A stretch of DNA of 32,000 nt from Promethearchaeum syntrophicum (GCF_008000775.2 NZ_CP042905.2:2340001-2372000); one strand, 5' to 3'. Numbered from the stretch's first letter, positions 18,175 through 28,072 are shown. Notes: generated by a model not told the origin, from the letters alone. Made by a program: numbers and translations.

Positions 18175-19440
18175 ATGTTTCCAAAAATTAAAAATATTTA
18201 TCATGAATTTCCCAAAAAATTCTGGATTTTGATCTTAGCGAGCTTTATTGATAGTCTGGGCGGAGGACTTTTATTCCCCTTTTATGCGTTATATGTTACC
18301 GATCATTTTGGAGTGGGGATGATAGAAGTTGGCATCTTATTTTCAGTTCTTTCTGCGGGAGGAATTATTGGGAGTATTTTAGGCGGGTCTTTATCGGATA
18401 AGTATGGACGGAAGCTGATCTTGTTAGTCGGCTTAATTTTCAGCGGGTTGGGGAATTTAGTCATGGGATTTGCCCAAGATCTCACTTTTTTCTACCTATT
18501 CGCGGGCCTTTTAGGATTATTTGGGGCTGCTGGACGCCCCGCACGGCAAGCAATGGTCGCCGACATGCTCCCGCCTGACAAACGTACTTCGGGGTATGCA
18601 ATCTTGCGAGTAACAGCAAATTTATCCGTTACCATTGGACCTGCGTTAGGTGGGTTGCTTATTACCCAAGGATTCCTTACCCTGTTCATCGGTGATGCTG
18701 TCGCGAGCATAATTACTGCAGTAATCGTCTTCTATAAAATTCCAGAAACCAAACCTGAAACACTTGCAAAGAAACAGAAAGACACATTTATAGACACGAT
18801 GAAAGGGTATAGCCACGTCCTCAAAGACGGTGTCTTTATGTTATATGTATTCTTTGCAGCCCTGGTGGCGTTAGTGTATTTACAAATGAATTCCAGCCTA
18901 CCGGTCTTTTTACGGGATCAACATGACTTTCCCGCCCAAAAATATGGGTTATTGGTGAGTTTAAACGCCATCATGGTCGTATTATTTCAATTTTTTATTA
19001 CCCGAAAAATTTCCAAATACCCGCCATTTAGCATGATGGCGGTGGGTGTAATTTTATACGGAATTGGCTTTCTCATGTATGGATTTGTCTCTAATGAATT
19101 GTGGTTTTTTCTTGCGATGGCAATTATCACGATCGGAGAAATGACTATAGCAACCTTTTCACAATCACTCGTGGCATTATTTGCTCCAGAAGATAAACGA
19201 GGGCGATATATGGCCGTTTTTTCATTAAAGCGGACCATTCCTCGCTTATTCGGAGTGCTTCTTGCGGGAGTGATCATGAATACTTTAGGAGATTATGTTT
19301 TATGGTATTTTGCGGGAGGAACATGCTTGATCGCTGCTTTGGGTTATATTTATTTAAATTATTTAGCCAAAAAACGTTTTAAAACTCCAAAAGTTGAAGT
19401 GAGTGCCATAGAAGTTAAAGAAATCATTACCGATCTGTAA
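18175..19440 (+). CDS. MFS transporter (multidrug-efflux-like)
   Basis: In-frame ATG at 18175 (MFPKIKNIYHEFPKKFWILILASFIDSLGGGLLFPFYALYVTDHFG); GGSLSDKYGRKLILLVGLI motif between TM2-3; about 12 hydrophobic segments. The 94-aa upstream extension in the ORF track (17893) is probably not translated. Confidence 0.88.
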   Translation: MFPKIKNIYHEFPKKFWILILASFIDSLGGGLLFPFYALYVTDHFGVGMIEVGILFSVLSAGGIIGSILGGSLSDKYGRKLILLVGLIFSGLGNLVMGFAQDLTFFYLFAGLLGLFGAAGRPARQAMVADMLPPDKRTSGYAILRVTANLSVTIGPALGGLLITQGFLTLFIGDAVASIITAVIVFYKIPETKPETLAKKQKDTFIDTMKGYSHVLKDGVFMLYVFFAALVALVYLQMNSSLPVFLRDQHDFPAQKYGLLVSLNAIMVVLFQFFITRKISKYPPFSMMAVGVILYGIGFLMYGFVSNELWFFLAMAIITIGEMTIATFSQSLVALFAPEDKRGRYMAVFSLKRTIPRLFGVLLAGVIMNTLGDYVLWYFAGGTCLIAALGYIYLNYLAKKRFKTPKVEVSAIEVKEIITDL

Positions 19441-19598
19441 TTATTTATTTGTTCCTTGCAAATCATCGATCTTCTCAATCTTTTTTTTGTTTTTATTTTA
19501 GTTTTTGATTTTTTTTCCACTTTTTTTCACTTTTTTCCAGTTTTGCCATCCCAGCTCAAAAAACGTAACTTTATATAGAAGTTTGTCAAATTCTTACA

Positions 19599-20006
19599 TT
19601 GGTGAACTTAATGTCAAAACCAACGAAAGAAGACGCTGCATTAATTATCCAATTAATGACCGCATTGAACACTCCCGCAAATAATAAAGCAGGTAAGTGG
19701 CTCAATACGGAATTTGATGTCAAGAATTATGATACATTCAAAGCGAAGTATCCCAAAGGGAGTGAAGGATACAGTAACTTCATGAAGGTCGCGAGTAATT
19801 GGGAACTTTTAACCACATTTGTTAACCGGGACCTCTTGAGTGAAGATCTTGTTTTTGATTTATGGGGACCTTTGTTTTGGAAAAAATTCGAACCGATTGT
19901 TCTCGGGATGCGAAAAGAGATGGAGATGCCTCGTTTATTTGAGAATTATGAAGTTTGCGCCAAGCGATATCCCCAGTGGGCGGAACAAAATCCTCCGAAA
20001 GTCTAA
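19599..20006 (+). CDS. Small soluble uncharacterised protein (DUF4760-like in overall appearance)
   Basis: 135 aa; NFMKVASNWELLTTFVNRDLLSEDLVFDLWGPLFWKKFEPIVLGMRKE...ENYEVCAKRYPQWAEQNP; start may be Met5 (MSKPTKED). Confidence 0.65.
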   Translation: MVNLMSKPTKEDAALIIQLMTALNTPANNKAGKWLNTEFDVKNYDTFKAKYPKGSEGYSNFMKVASNWELLTTFVNRDLLSEDLVFDLWGPLFWKKFEPIVLGMRKEMEMPRLFENYEVCAKRYPQWAEQNPPKV

Positions 20007-20177
20007 AAAACATTTTTTTTTTTTTTCTTGTATTTCTTCTTTTTAATTTCTTATCCCAATCTTATTCGATTATTGCTTATCCTGACCTCAATAGCATAGT
20101 AAAAGAGTAAAAAGAATCACAGTTATTATAACATTCATACCCGAAAAGTCAAAAGAGAATAGAAAAAAGAAAAAAAA

Positions 20178-20215
20178 TTTAGCCTGGGGGTCGTTGACCC
20201 CCATTAAAGACTAAA
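20178..20215 (-). terminator. Terminator-like hairpin overlapping the transposase stop codon
   Basis: Minus strand reads TTTAG TCTTTAAT GGGGGTC AAC GACCCCC AGG CTAAA TTTTTTTTCTTTTTTC: perfect 7-bp GC-rich stem (20186-20192 / 20196-20202), outer TTTAG/CTAAA pairing, then a T-rich tract. Confidence 0.7.
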
Positions 20216-21746
20216 TCTTATTTTTTTTTGAATCCACCTTAGTCCCTTGCAGTTCCACTACATTTGCCTTCCGTATCAATTGTTGGAAACCCTTTATCAA
20301 GAAGAAGCGACTTTTGGAGGTCATATATTGTGAGTTGGTAACCAAAAGTTGAGATATATCACGACGGAGACTGCGAGTTTGGGGAAATTCTAACATTGTA
20401 CCGTGTTTGGTATTTCGGCGCTGCAATCGCTGTATTTTCGCCTTGGTTTGTTCAAAAGTCGCATCATAGGAAACATTATTTACTAGGACTTGATATATAA
20501 TGCGACTGAGTTTTTGAGCCACTCGCATCACGGCTTTCTTGTAAGGAAGTCCTCTTAAAACATACTGGCGATGAGCAAATTTAGCTAAGTCGCTTCCCTT
20601 GGCATAACCGTTGACATATAACATGGCAATTTGTGATAAGGCGGTCCGAAGATGAGTATTAGTAAACCGATTGATATGACCGGGAGTAAATGTTCCTCCA
20701 CTTTCCTTTATTTCAGGAACTACTCCGCAATATTTAGCAAAAGCCTTCCAATTGACAAACCGTCGAAAATCCCCTAATTCAGTAATTAAACGCAAGGCGG
20801 AAACTTGCCCTACACAGGGAATTCGGAGAAGTTGGAGGTACCAATATTCGAATTCAGCATCCTTAAGAATTTGTTTTTCGGTTTGCAATAAATATTGGGC
20901 AGCATTTGTTTCTGCTTGGAGATATTGGATGACTAATTGTCGCAAGTTGAACCGAGAAGTTTTGGGAAGTTCTATGTTAAAATAAGGCACATAATCATCT
21001 TGATGTTTCATCAAGCTGCTGATTGATCGCTTTTCTAACTGAGATGATTCTACCATTGCTTTAAATGCCCGTTTCATCGGACCTTCAGTTGTAATCATAA
21101 AATCGAGCAAGTGTAATTCCCATTCATGATGAAGATTAAGTTTATGCATGAAATTGACACTGCATAATACTCGATGAATACGATTCACGTATTTATTAGC
21201 TGCTTTCTTTGCATGCTTGTAATTTCGCAGAGTATCCCGCAAATGGAAAAACTCGGGAGTACCGATATAACTTGGTCGTATTAATCGATCGTAGAAGCTA
21301 AGTTCTGCCATGCCTTGAGCATCTGCTTTATCATGTTTGTTTCCCAAATCGGTCAATTTACGGTGGACCAATAATGGATTCATTGCAATAATTTTCGTCT
21401 TTGAATTCGGAAATGCATCTTCCAAGGCGTGATATACAGGTCGATGATATATGCCTGTGCATTCCATTAAATAATGGGAAACGGGAAGATATTTCTGTAA
21501 GAACTGGGTTAATTCCTGCAATCCTTGAGGTTGATTTCGAAATTTATGGGTTCGAATTTGAATAATCAAGTTTTGCTCAGTTTGGGCCGCGACACTCACC
21601 ACAATGTTCTCCTTATGAACATCTAAGCCGACCCCATATCGGACAATTTCAATTTCAGCACCAGATGAAGTAGATCCTTGAGAACTTCTCCTGGATTTTC
21701 GACGGGTTGTTTTTTTCCTAAAGCTTTTTGAGGGATTATGACTCAT
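20211..21746 (-). CDS. IS110-family transposase (DEDD + Transposase_20-type domains)
   Basis: 511 aa: YGVGLDVHKENIVVSVAAQ ... YLMECTGIYHRPVYHALED ... TKIIAMNPLLVHRK...KADAQGMAELS ... LRIPCVGQVSALRLITELGDFRRFVNWKAFAKYCGVVPEIKESGG...RFTNTHLRTALSQIA. Confidence 0.95.
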   Translation of the reverse strand: MSHNPSKSFRKKTTRRKSRRSSQGSTSSGAEIEIVRYGVGLDVHKENIVVSVAAQTEQNLIIQIRTHKFRNQPQGLQELTQFLQKYLPVSHYLMECTGIYHRPVYHALEDAFPNSKTKIIAMNPLLVHRKLTDLGNKHDKADAQGMAELSFYDRLIRPSYIGTPEFFHLRDTLRNYKHAKKAANKYVNRIHRVLCSVNFMHKLNLHHEWELHLLDFMITTEGPMKRAFKAMVESSQLEKRSISSLMKHQDDYVPYFNIELPKTSRFNLRQLVIQYLQAETNAAQYLLQTEKQILKDAEFEYWYLQLLRIPCVGQVSALRLITELGDFRRFVNWKAFAKYCGVVPEIKESGGTFTPGHINRFTNTHLRTALSQIAMLYVNGYAKGSDLAKFAHRQYVLRGLPYKKAVMRVAQKLSRIIYQVLVNNVSYDATFEQTKAKIQRLQRRNTKHGTMLEFPQTRSLRRDISQLLVTNSQYMTSKSRFFLIKGFQQLIRKANVVELQGTKVDSKKNKI

Positions 21747-21749
21747 TGT

Positions 21750-22130
21750 AACTCACTGGATTCAGGTTGATTGAATCCATCACCGAGAGCAATTGTTCGT
21801 TGCAATTGCTCTCAATTCTTTCTTTTGGTCGGATTTTTTACCAATGAAAGGATTTTCGCCAATATCACACCATTTCACGCGGATCTCACAAGGGATTGGT
21901 CCTTACACGGTCTGTTCAGACCCTCAAAGCGGATGCAAAGCCAAAAAAGATCCCAAAAGGCTCTGCATCCAATGCTGTGAGGCGTGACAATATTTTATTA
22001 AATGACCACTCCCGTGATCACCTGGAAAAGAAGCTTTCTGTGGATCTTCCCTGTAAGTTTTCACGGAGGTTAGCCAAAGTCTTTGAAAGATGGGTGACCT
22101 CGAGCTTCAAATCCCAAGAATGGTCTTGGA
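21750..22130 (-). ncRNA. Candidate IS110 bridge RNA / structured non-coding segment upstream of the transposase
   Basis: Run of hairpins: 21758-21778 (GGATTCA-7nt-TGAATCC), 21785-21813 (GAGAGCAATTG-7nt-CAATTGCTCTC), 21909-21922 (GGTCT-GTTC-AGACC), 21931-21970 (GGATGCAAAGCC-16nt-GGCTCTGCATCC, one mismatch), 22114-22129 (CCAAGA-ATGG-TCTTGG). Exact RNA ends unknown. Confidence 0.45.
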
Positions 22131-22530
22131 ATTCGGATCTCACGCAAAGGAATGACAAATTTTTTTTCGATATGATCGGGCGAACCGAGTCACATAAAAA
22201 GAACATTGTTCTCCAGTCCCCTTGGGATCCGCCTGCAACGAGTAGATTGGCGGTAATTATTATTTTGTCGGCAGATTATTTAATACTTTCGGAGTGCTAA
22301 GTGCTCCAAAAAGTCTTTTGGTGATGGATTCCTAAGTATGAATTCCAAAATTACACAAATTCAAAGAGCTTTCCTTTTCTATAAGTAAAAATCATGTTTA
22401 AGATGAAAATGGCGAAGGAGTTGAGTTGGAGAAATGACCTTCTTCAAAATAAAGCAAAAAATCGTAATTTAAGGAACTTCAAAAAAAAATATAATAAAAA
22501 AAATAAATCGAATTTATAAAATATTCGTTA

Positions 22531-24558
22531 TTAGAATTTAATTTCACCGAGCTTAGCACGCTCGTCAATCAAATGTTGCACTACTTCAGGATTTGATAAT
22601 GTCATAACATCCCCAATATCAGCCATAGTCGCAATTGCTTTCAAAACACGTCTCATAATCTTTCCTGAGCGAGTTTTTGGTAACGCATCGCTAAACATGA
22701 TAATTTCTGGTTTGACCGTTGGTCCGGCAACACTTCGCACATGTGCGACAATTTCTGCTTTCAATTCTTCGGCTTTCTCCACGCCTTGCATAAGGGTAAT
22801 GTAAGCGAAAATTGTGGATCCTTTCATTGAATGAGGATATGGGCACACGGCACTTTCGGCTACTTTTGGATGGGAATTGATTGCAGCTTCTACTTCTGCA
22901 GACCCCAATCGGTGACCGCTTACCTTGATAACGTCATCGCTTCGTCCGAGAATAAAATAATATCCTTCTGCGTCAATTTGGGCATAATCGCCGGTAAAGT
23001 AATGCCCTGGGAATTTTGTGAGGTAAGTTTGAACAAATCGGTCGTGATCGCCCCAAACGGTGCGCATTAGACCAGGCCATGGCATATCATATGCAAAATA
23101 GGATTGTGTCATAGGTTCGGTGTTTTTCTCGCCTTCTTCGTTCAATAAAACAGGATTGATGCCGAAATATGGAAATGTACAAGATCCTGGTTTCATTGGA
23201 GTGATTGCGCCTAAATTAACCATCATGTAACTCCCAGTTTCTGTTTGCCAATAGCTGTCAACAATCGGTCGACCTACTGGCTTTTCACCGCCCGATCCTT
23301 TTCCTACTACGTCCCAGTACCATTTCCATTCCGGCCAGTTACAAACTTCTCCCACTGTCCCTAACATTTTAAGTTTTTCAAGATTCCACTTATTTACTTC
23401 AGCATCTCCGAATCTCATTAAAGCACGGATTGCGGTTGGTGCTGTGTAGAAATGTGTGACACCATATTTTTCACAAATTTCCCAAAATCGACCCTTGTGA
23501 GGCCATGTGGGAACACCTTCATACATAACGGTGATTGCACCGAGTGCGAGTGGGGAATAAATAATTTGAGTGTGGCCAGTAATCCAACCGATATCGGCGG
23601 TGCAGTACCAGACATCTCTGTCTTTAGGTTCGACACCCTTCAGGTCAATTAAACAGGAATAATCCCAAACATATTTGTTTGTGGACATTCCATAAACGAG
23701 GAAACCTGCGGTGGTGTGGACAACGCCTTTAGGCTTTCCGGTGGTTCCACTGGTGTATAAAATGAATAAAACGTCTTCAGAGTCCATAGGTTCACATGGG
23801 CATTCAATAGATTGTTTTTCAACTAAAGCGGTGAAATCGACATCTTTTTCGTATTTCCAGACATCGCCCCCAGTAACTTTAACAACTGCGACATGTTCGA
23901 TGGATGGGCAAGTCTCAATGATACCTTCGAGATTCTTTTTCATTGGGCGTGCTTTTCCTGATCTTCGGACTTCATCAGCGACCACGAGGACTGTGCAATC
24001 ACTGTCATCGATTCGATCTTTGACTGAAGAAGCAGAGAATCCCCCGAAAACGATAGAATGAATTGCTCCGATTCGTGCGCAAGCGAGCATAGTCACTGCG
24101 AGTTCACTAATCATTGGGAGCCATAAGCATACGCGGTCTCCTTTTTTCACACCGAGTTCTTTAAGAGCATTAGCGGTTTTTGAGACTTCATCTTGTAAGG
24201 CTTTAAAGGTATAGTTCTTAACAGTGTCATCTTCGCCGATCCAAACGAGTGATTTTTCGTTGCCGTAGCCTTTTTCAACCCATCTGTCGACGCAGTTGTA
24301 GCATACGTTTAATTTTCCACCTTGGAACCATTTTCCGACGAAATCTTCAGGAGTGGAGCCGGTCCAAACTTCTTTGTACGGTTCTGAGAAGGTAACCATT
24401 TTCGCTTCTTCAGCCCAGAACTCACGCGGGTTATCAACGGATTTTTTCCACATTTCTTTGTATGTGTCCATTGATTTAATCCGGGCGTTTGTGGCCAATT
24501 CCGGATTTGGGTAGTAAATTTTTTGTTTTTCTTTATCTGATTCTGACATATAATTCAC
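22531..24558 (-). CDS. acs: Acetyl-CoA synthetase (AMP-forming)
   Basis: 675 aa full length: ILYTSGTTGKPKGVVHTTAGFLVY, VWYCTADIGWITGHTQIIYSPL, YWQTETGSYM, YFTGDYAQIDAEGYYFILGRSDDVIKVSGHRLGSAEVE, DALPKTRSGKIMRRVLKA. Start may be 24549. Confidence 0.97.
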   Translation of the reverse strand: MNYMSESDKEKQKIYYPNPELATNARIKSMDTYKEMWKKSVDNPREFWAEEAKMVTFSEPYKEVWTGSTPEDFVGKWFQGGKLNVCYNCVDRWVEKGYGNEKSLVWIGEDDTVKNYTFKALQDEVSKTANALKELGVKKGDRVCLWLPMISELAVTMLACARIGAIHSIVFGGFSASSVKDRIDDSDCTVLVVADEVRRSGKARPMKKNLEGIIETCPSIEHVAVVKVTGGDVWKYEKDVDFTALVEKQSIECPCEPMDSEDVLFILYTSGTTGKPKGVVHTTAGFLVYGMSTNKYVWDYSCLIDLKGVEPKDRDVWYCTADIGWITGHTQIIYSPLALGAITVMYEGVPTWPHKGRFWEICEKYGVTHFYTAPTAIRALMRFGDAEVNKWNLEKLKMLGTVGEVCNWPEWKWYWDVVGKGSGGEKPVGRPIVDSYWQTETGSYMMVNLGAITPMKPGSCTFPYFGINPVLLNEEGEKNTEPMTQSYFAYDMPWPGLMRTVWGDHDRFVQTYLTKFPGHYFTGDYAQIDAEGYYFILGRSDDVIKVSGHRLGSAEVEAAINSHPKVAESAVCPYPHSMKGSTIFAYITLMQGVEKAEELKAEIVAHVRSVAGPTVKPEIIMFSDALPKTRSGKIMRRVLKAIATMADIGDVMTLSNPEVVQHLIDERAKLGEIKF

Positions 24559-24888
24559 GTTTTGTAGATTTGTAGTAAATATCGTATTTCTTTAATTAGG
24601 ATTTATAAATTAGAAGTTAGGAATTCATGGGACGAACTTCTAAACTGCGGCTTTGGGTGTATTGCAATAGGGCAGCTTTATAAATCAATTACGTTTTGAA
24701 ATAAAAACATTTCTTAAAAAATTTGTGTCACGGTGTTAGAAAAAAATGGGAGAAGGGGGGGAAAATGGGGTAAATGGGTTAAGTCGAGGTAGGGTAGATT
24801 CTTGGTGTGGGATACGAAAAAAAAAAAAAAATCAAAAGGGAAAAAGACATCGAAAGGTATTAATGAGAAAAATACTGTAGAATTTTCT

Positions 24889-25161
24889 ATGGCTTCTTTC
24901 AATAGGTTAAACCGAAACAAAATAGGTATCGTGGCAATTTCGGTGATGTTCTCGGTGTTGATAGCATCGAACTCATCAAACGTCTGGAACACAATCTCGG
25001 ATATAACAATCGACAACGATATTACGCTGAAAAGTAATGAGAGTGTAATGGGAGGAGTAGATTCACGAAGTTCTGGAGAATCATATACATTTTATGAAGA
25101 TACGAAGGGAATTGCAAACAAATTGTACGTGAGCGTTATCTTTATGATATCTATGGGTTAG
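24889..25161 (+). CDS. Possible small secreted/membrane-anchored protein
   Basis: In-frame Met at 24889 of ORF 24802..25161: MASFNRLNRNKIGIVAISVMFSVLIASNSSNVWNTISDITIDND...; one hydrophobic N-terminal segment. The N-terminal extension runs through a 15-A homopolymer. Confidence 0.3.
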   Translation: MASFNRLNRNKIGIVAISVMFSVLIASNSSNVWNTISDITIDNDITLKSNESVMGGVDSRSSGESYTFYEDTKGIANKLYVSVIFMISMG

Positions 25162-25990
25162 ATTGGGGGTTTTTCTGAGAGTTAGGAATAAAATTTATCA
25201 GGAAACTTGACATGTTTTCCTTTAGTTCTTGTAGAAATTCATCTTTTTTTTTTTTATCGGGTAATAATATAATGGCTTCATCCATTCTGTGCTGCTTAAT
25301 TATAGAAATGTCTCCGTTATAATTCTTGATAGGCACTACTAAAAAATACTGTGTGGTATTCTCATAATTCCGTACTTCAAGCTCTTTCAGATTTGAAAAA
25401 GGAATTGATAAGGTGCGCTTTTTGTTTATCGTTATGAAGGTTTTTCTATCGGGGTCTATAATATTGATTACATTGTAGTTAATTATTGAATAAATTTGAA
25501 GAAAAATTGGAAGGATGAATAAGAAAGATATGAAGATAAACAGACATATTAAGATAATCATCCAAATTTCCAATCCTTCTGATAAAAATAATAGTTCTTT
25601 CTTTATTATAGTTGGAAGAATTATATAAAGGGATGCACAAACTATGAGGACTGCGGCCAGAAGCTTTAAATATTGGCGTAATAAATCAATTTGAAAAGTA
25701 AGTTTATTGTTCTCTTTGATAATTAAATAATCACCAAATACAATCAGATCTTTTTCTTTTTTTTTATTTTCTAAACTAAACAATTCACTAATGGTTTGAG
25801 CATGCGATTTTTTTCGTATTACAAAAGTAAATTCTTTTAAAGTAATGAATATTCCTGCAAAAATAAGTGAATGTCCTATTCTTTGGATCAAAACATATAC
25901 GGCGTTAGTATTGGGGATTATTGAAAAAAAAATTCCAATGAATAGTGAGATCATAATAATTAGAATCGCTACATTAGTTTCTTTTTTCAT
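25151..25990 (-). CDS. Four-TM-type membrane protein with C-terminal PH-like region (paralog 1)
   Basis: 279 aa: MKKETNVAILIIMISLFIGIFFSIIPNTNAVYVLIQRIGHSLIFAGIF...; C-term DRKTFITINKKRTLSIPFSNLKELEVRN...YFLVVPIKNYNGDISII. Confidence 0.75.
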   Translation of the reverse strand: MKKETNVAILIIMISLFIGIFFSIIPNTNAVYVLIQRIGHSLIFAGIFITLKEFTFVIRKKSHAQTISELFSLENKKKEKDLIVFGDYLIIKENNKLTFQIDLLRQYLKLLAAVLIVCASLYIILPTIIKKELLFLSEGLEIWMIILICLFIFISFLFILPIFLQIYSIINYNVINIIDPDRKTFITINKKRTLSIPFSNLKELEVRNYENTTQYFLVVPIKNYNGDISIIKQHRMDEAIILLPDKKKKDEFLQELKENMSSFLINFIPNSQKNPQSNP

Positions 25991-26035
25991 ACAATAAGTT
26001 TATCTATTAAATATTTATAAATTTTTAACTAGTAA

Positions 26036-26066
<31 letters not shown>

Positions 26067-26072
26067 GTAATC

Positions 26073-26561
26073 TCAGTTGCCATCCCAAATCCCTAATATT
26101 TTACGGGTGGTCACAATTTGACCGAGATGATATGATGTATGCTGCAGGAACACTAACATTAATCGAAATTTTGTAACTGGTTCCATTTCTTCTCCACGAC
26201 ATATCTTCACAAATTCCATTAAATTTACTATATCAAGCAAATGTTTAATTTTTTCAACATTTATTTTTAATTGGTCTTTTAAATTCACGAAATTTTGTTC
26301 ATCACTAAGATCTTCTTCTGTGGGCCAATTCTCATCTTCGGGGATATTCCACCAATCTCGAAATTCTCCTTGTAAATTTTGAATAACAATATTTTGCCAA
26401 GCAATGAGATGATGTAACAAATCCCAACAAGAATGATATTTTTCTTCGGGTTTAATCTTCGCTTTTTCAGGAGTAAGATTCGTGAGAGCATCTTCGGAGG
26501 ATAGATGGGTTAGTGCTCCACTTAGTGCATGTTTCATATCGATAAAAAGTTGAGTTTGCAT
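26073..26561 (-). CDS. DinB-like four-helix protein
   Basis: ORF track start 26582; plausible start at internal Met (MQTQLFIDMKHALSGA). YHSCWDLLHHLIAWQNIVI ... HTSYHLGQIVTTRKILG matches the His-containing helices of DinB-like proteins. Confidence 0.7.
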   Translation of the reverse strand: MQTQLFIDMKHALSGALTHLSSEDALTNLTPEKAKIKPEEKYHSCWDLLHHLIAWQNIVIQNLQGEFRDWWNIPEDENWPTEEDLSDEQNFVNLKDQLKINVEKIKHLLDIVNLMEFVKICRGEEMEPVTKFRLMLVFLQHTSYHLGQIVTTRKILGIWDGN

Positions 26562-26630
26562 AATATGTTTAAAGATTGGCACCTTTCTTAAAAGACTTGT
26601 GTCGCATTGTAGGATAATTATGAGGGAGGG

Positions 26631-27434
26631 TTAGAATGAAAATTTCGATAGGAAATTTACCATGCTTTCCTTTAATTCCAAAAGAAATTCATTCGTTTTA
26701 TCATCTCGCAAAATAAGAAGGAAATCATCATGTCTACAGCTATTAATTATTGAGATATCTCCGCTATGATTGGCGATTGGCATTATTAAAAAATATGATT
26801 TGGTTTTCTCATTTTTCAAATTTTGCCAAACATCAAGTTCTTTCAGATTGGAAAAGGGTAGTGTTAAAATTCGCTTTCTATTTGTGATTGTAATTGTTCG
26901 TCTCTCAACGTCTATTTTCTTGATAATATTAAAACGAGAAATTAAAAAGTAAAAAATAAAGAGAACGAAGATGCAGACAAAAGCGATGAGGATAAATAAC
27001 ATTTCTAAAATTATCATTAATGAACCCAATCCTTCAGGTAATCCTTCTATTTGTAGTTCTAAATTTAAACTCGGAACAAATATATATGCACATACGCAAC
27101 CTAAAAGAGCGGTGCTCAAATAGTTAGAAAAATGATAGAATAAATCAATTTTGAAAGTTATTTGATTGTTTTCTTTTAGAATTATGAAATTATTAAACTC
27201 AATCATATCGGTTTCCTTGTCAAATAATTCACTAACGGTTTGAGAATACAATTTTATTCGTATAAAAAAGGTTATTTCTCTTAATACCATGAAAATCCCG
27301 GCAAAAATCCACGAATGACCTATTCTCTGAAACATTGCATATGCAGTATTAGTATTTGGAAACATTGAAAGATAAATTCCAATGGGAATAGAGATCAGGA
27401 TAAATAAAATTGCTACAATTGTTTCTTTTTTCAT
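26631..27434 (-). CDS. Four-TM-type membrane protein with C-terminal PH-like region (paralog 2)
   Basis: 267 aa: MKKETIVAILFILISIPIGIYLSMFPNTNTAYAMFQRIGHSWIFAGIFMVLREITF...; VERRTITITNRKRILTLPFSNLKELDVW. Confidence 0.75.
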   Translation of the reverse strand: MKKETIVAILFILISIPIGIYLSMFPNTNTAYAMFQRIGHSWIFAGIFMVLREITFFIRIKLYSQTVSELFDKETDMIEFNNFIILKENNQITFKIDLFYHFSNYLSTALLGCVCAYIFVPSLNLELQIEGLPEGLGSLMIILEMLFILIAFVCIFVLFIFYFLISRFNIIKKIDVERRTITITNRKRILTLPFSNLKELDVWQNLKNEKTKSYFLIMPIANHSGDISIINSCRHDDFLLILRDDKTNEFLLELKESMVNFLSKFSF

Positions 27435-27634
27435 ACTACTAGTTTATACCTTATATATTTAAAAATTTTGAACATGGATTAGGATTCATTAATGAAGAAG
27501 GGAATTTTGGAGTTTCAATAGGTAAATTAGTTAGAAAATTCGATATGACATAGAGAGATTAAAACCTAGAAGTTCAGCGGTTAAAGATCTGTAGTTTAAG
27601 AAAAAATTAAAACATTCGAATAATTCCATAAATA

Positions 27635-28072
27635 ATGAGTCTCCTTACGATTGTTACAATTTCGTTTATGGTGTTAGAATTTTCAAATGTACTTGCTCTT
27701 TATGGCAAGCCTGATTTCAAATATGCAAATGCTGTGGGCATGTTTAAGGCATGGGAAAAATCAAAAGAAGATCCCGATATGCATGATTTCGTGAAATATT
27801 TGGTAAATTGGGTTGCAGGAACCAAGTTAATCTTCTTAATGTTGCTGGTGGTAATTTTAATATTTGGAGATGAGAAAACCCAAATTTATGCTTTATTGGC
27901 TCTTATCCTGTCAATTTTGACTTTTTATTGGAAACTTTATCCCCTAATTAAGAAAATGGATAAGAATGATCAAATAGATCCCAAAAACTATTCTAAAACA
28001 TTAGGTTTGATGATATTTGTATTTGTTTTAGCATTGTCGATTGCATTCGTAGGCAGCCTACTCTCTATCTAA
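27635..28072 (+). CDS. Uncharacterised membrane protein
   Basis: 145 aa ORF, MSLLTIVTISFMVLEFSNVLALYGK...LIFLMLLVVILIFGD...IYALLALILSILTFYW. Confidence 0.65.
   Translation: MSLLTIVTISFMVLEFSNVLALYGKPDFKYANAVGMFKAWEKSKEDPDMHDFVKYLVNWVAGTKLIFLMLLVVILIFGDEKTQIYALLALILSILTFYWKLYPLIKKMDKNDQIDPKNYSKTLGLMIFVFVLALSIAFVGSLLSI

Larger units (their letters stand above)
20150..22335 (-). mobile_element. IS110-family insertion sequence, boundaries approximate
   Basis: Transposase plus a structured non-coding upstream region extending at least to about 22300; IS110 elements commonly lack terminal inverted repeats so ends cannot be fixed from one sequence. Confidence 0.6.

Noticed and set aside
17287-19277. 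Antisense and out-of-frame ORFs in the CPBP protease and MFS transporter genes
   Set aside because: Contained inside well-supported membrane protein genes on the opposite strand.
21896-22300. ORF 21896..22300 (134 aa), ORFs 21771..21980, 21793..21987 and 22018..22206
   Set aside because: They overlap the hairpin-rich region upstream of the IS110 transposase, show no recognisable protein features, and open frames are expected in this higher-GC, stop-poor segment.
22831-24061. Plus-strand ORFs inside acs (22831..23070, 23452..23652, 23711..24061) and minus-strand 23418..23636
   Set aside because: Shadow ORFs of the strongly supported acetyl-CoA synthetase gene.
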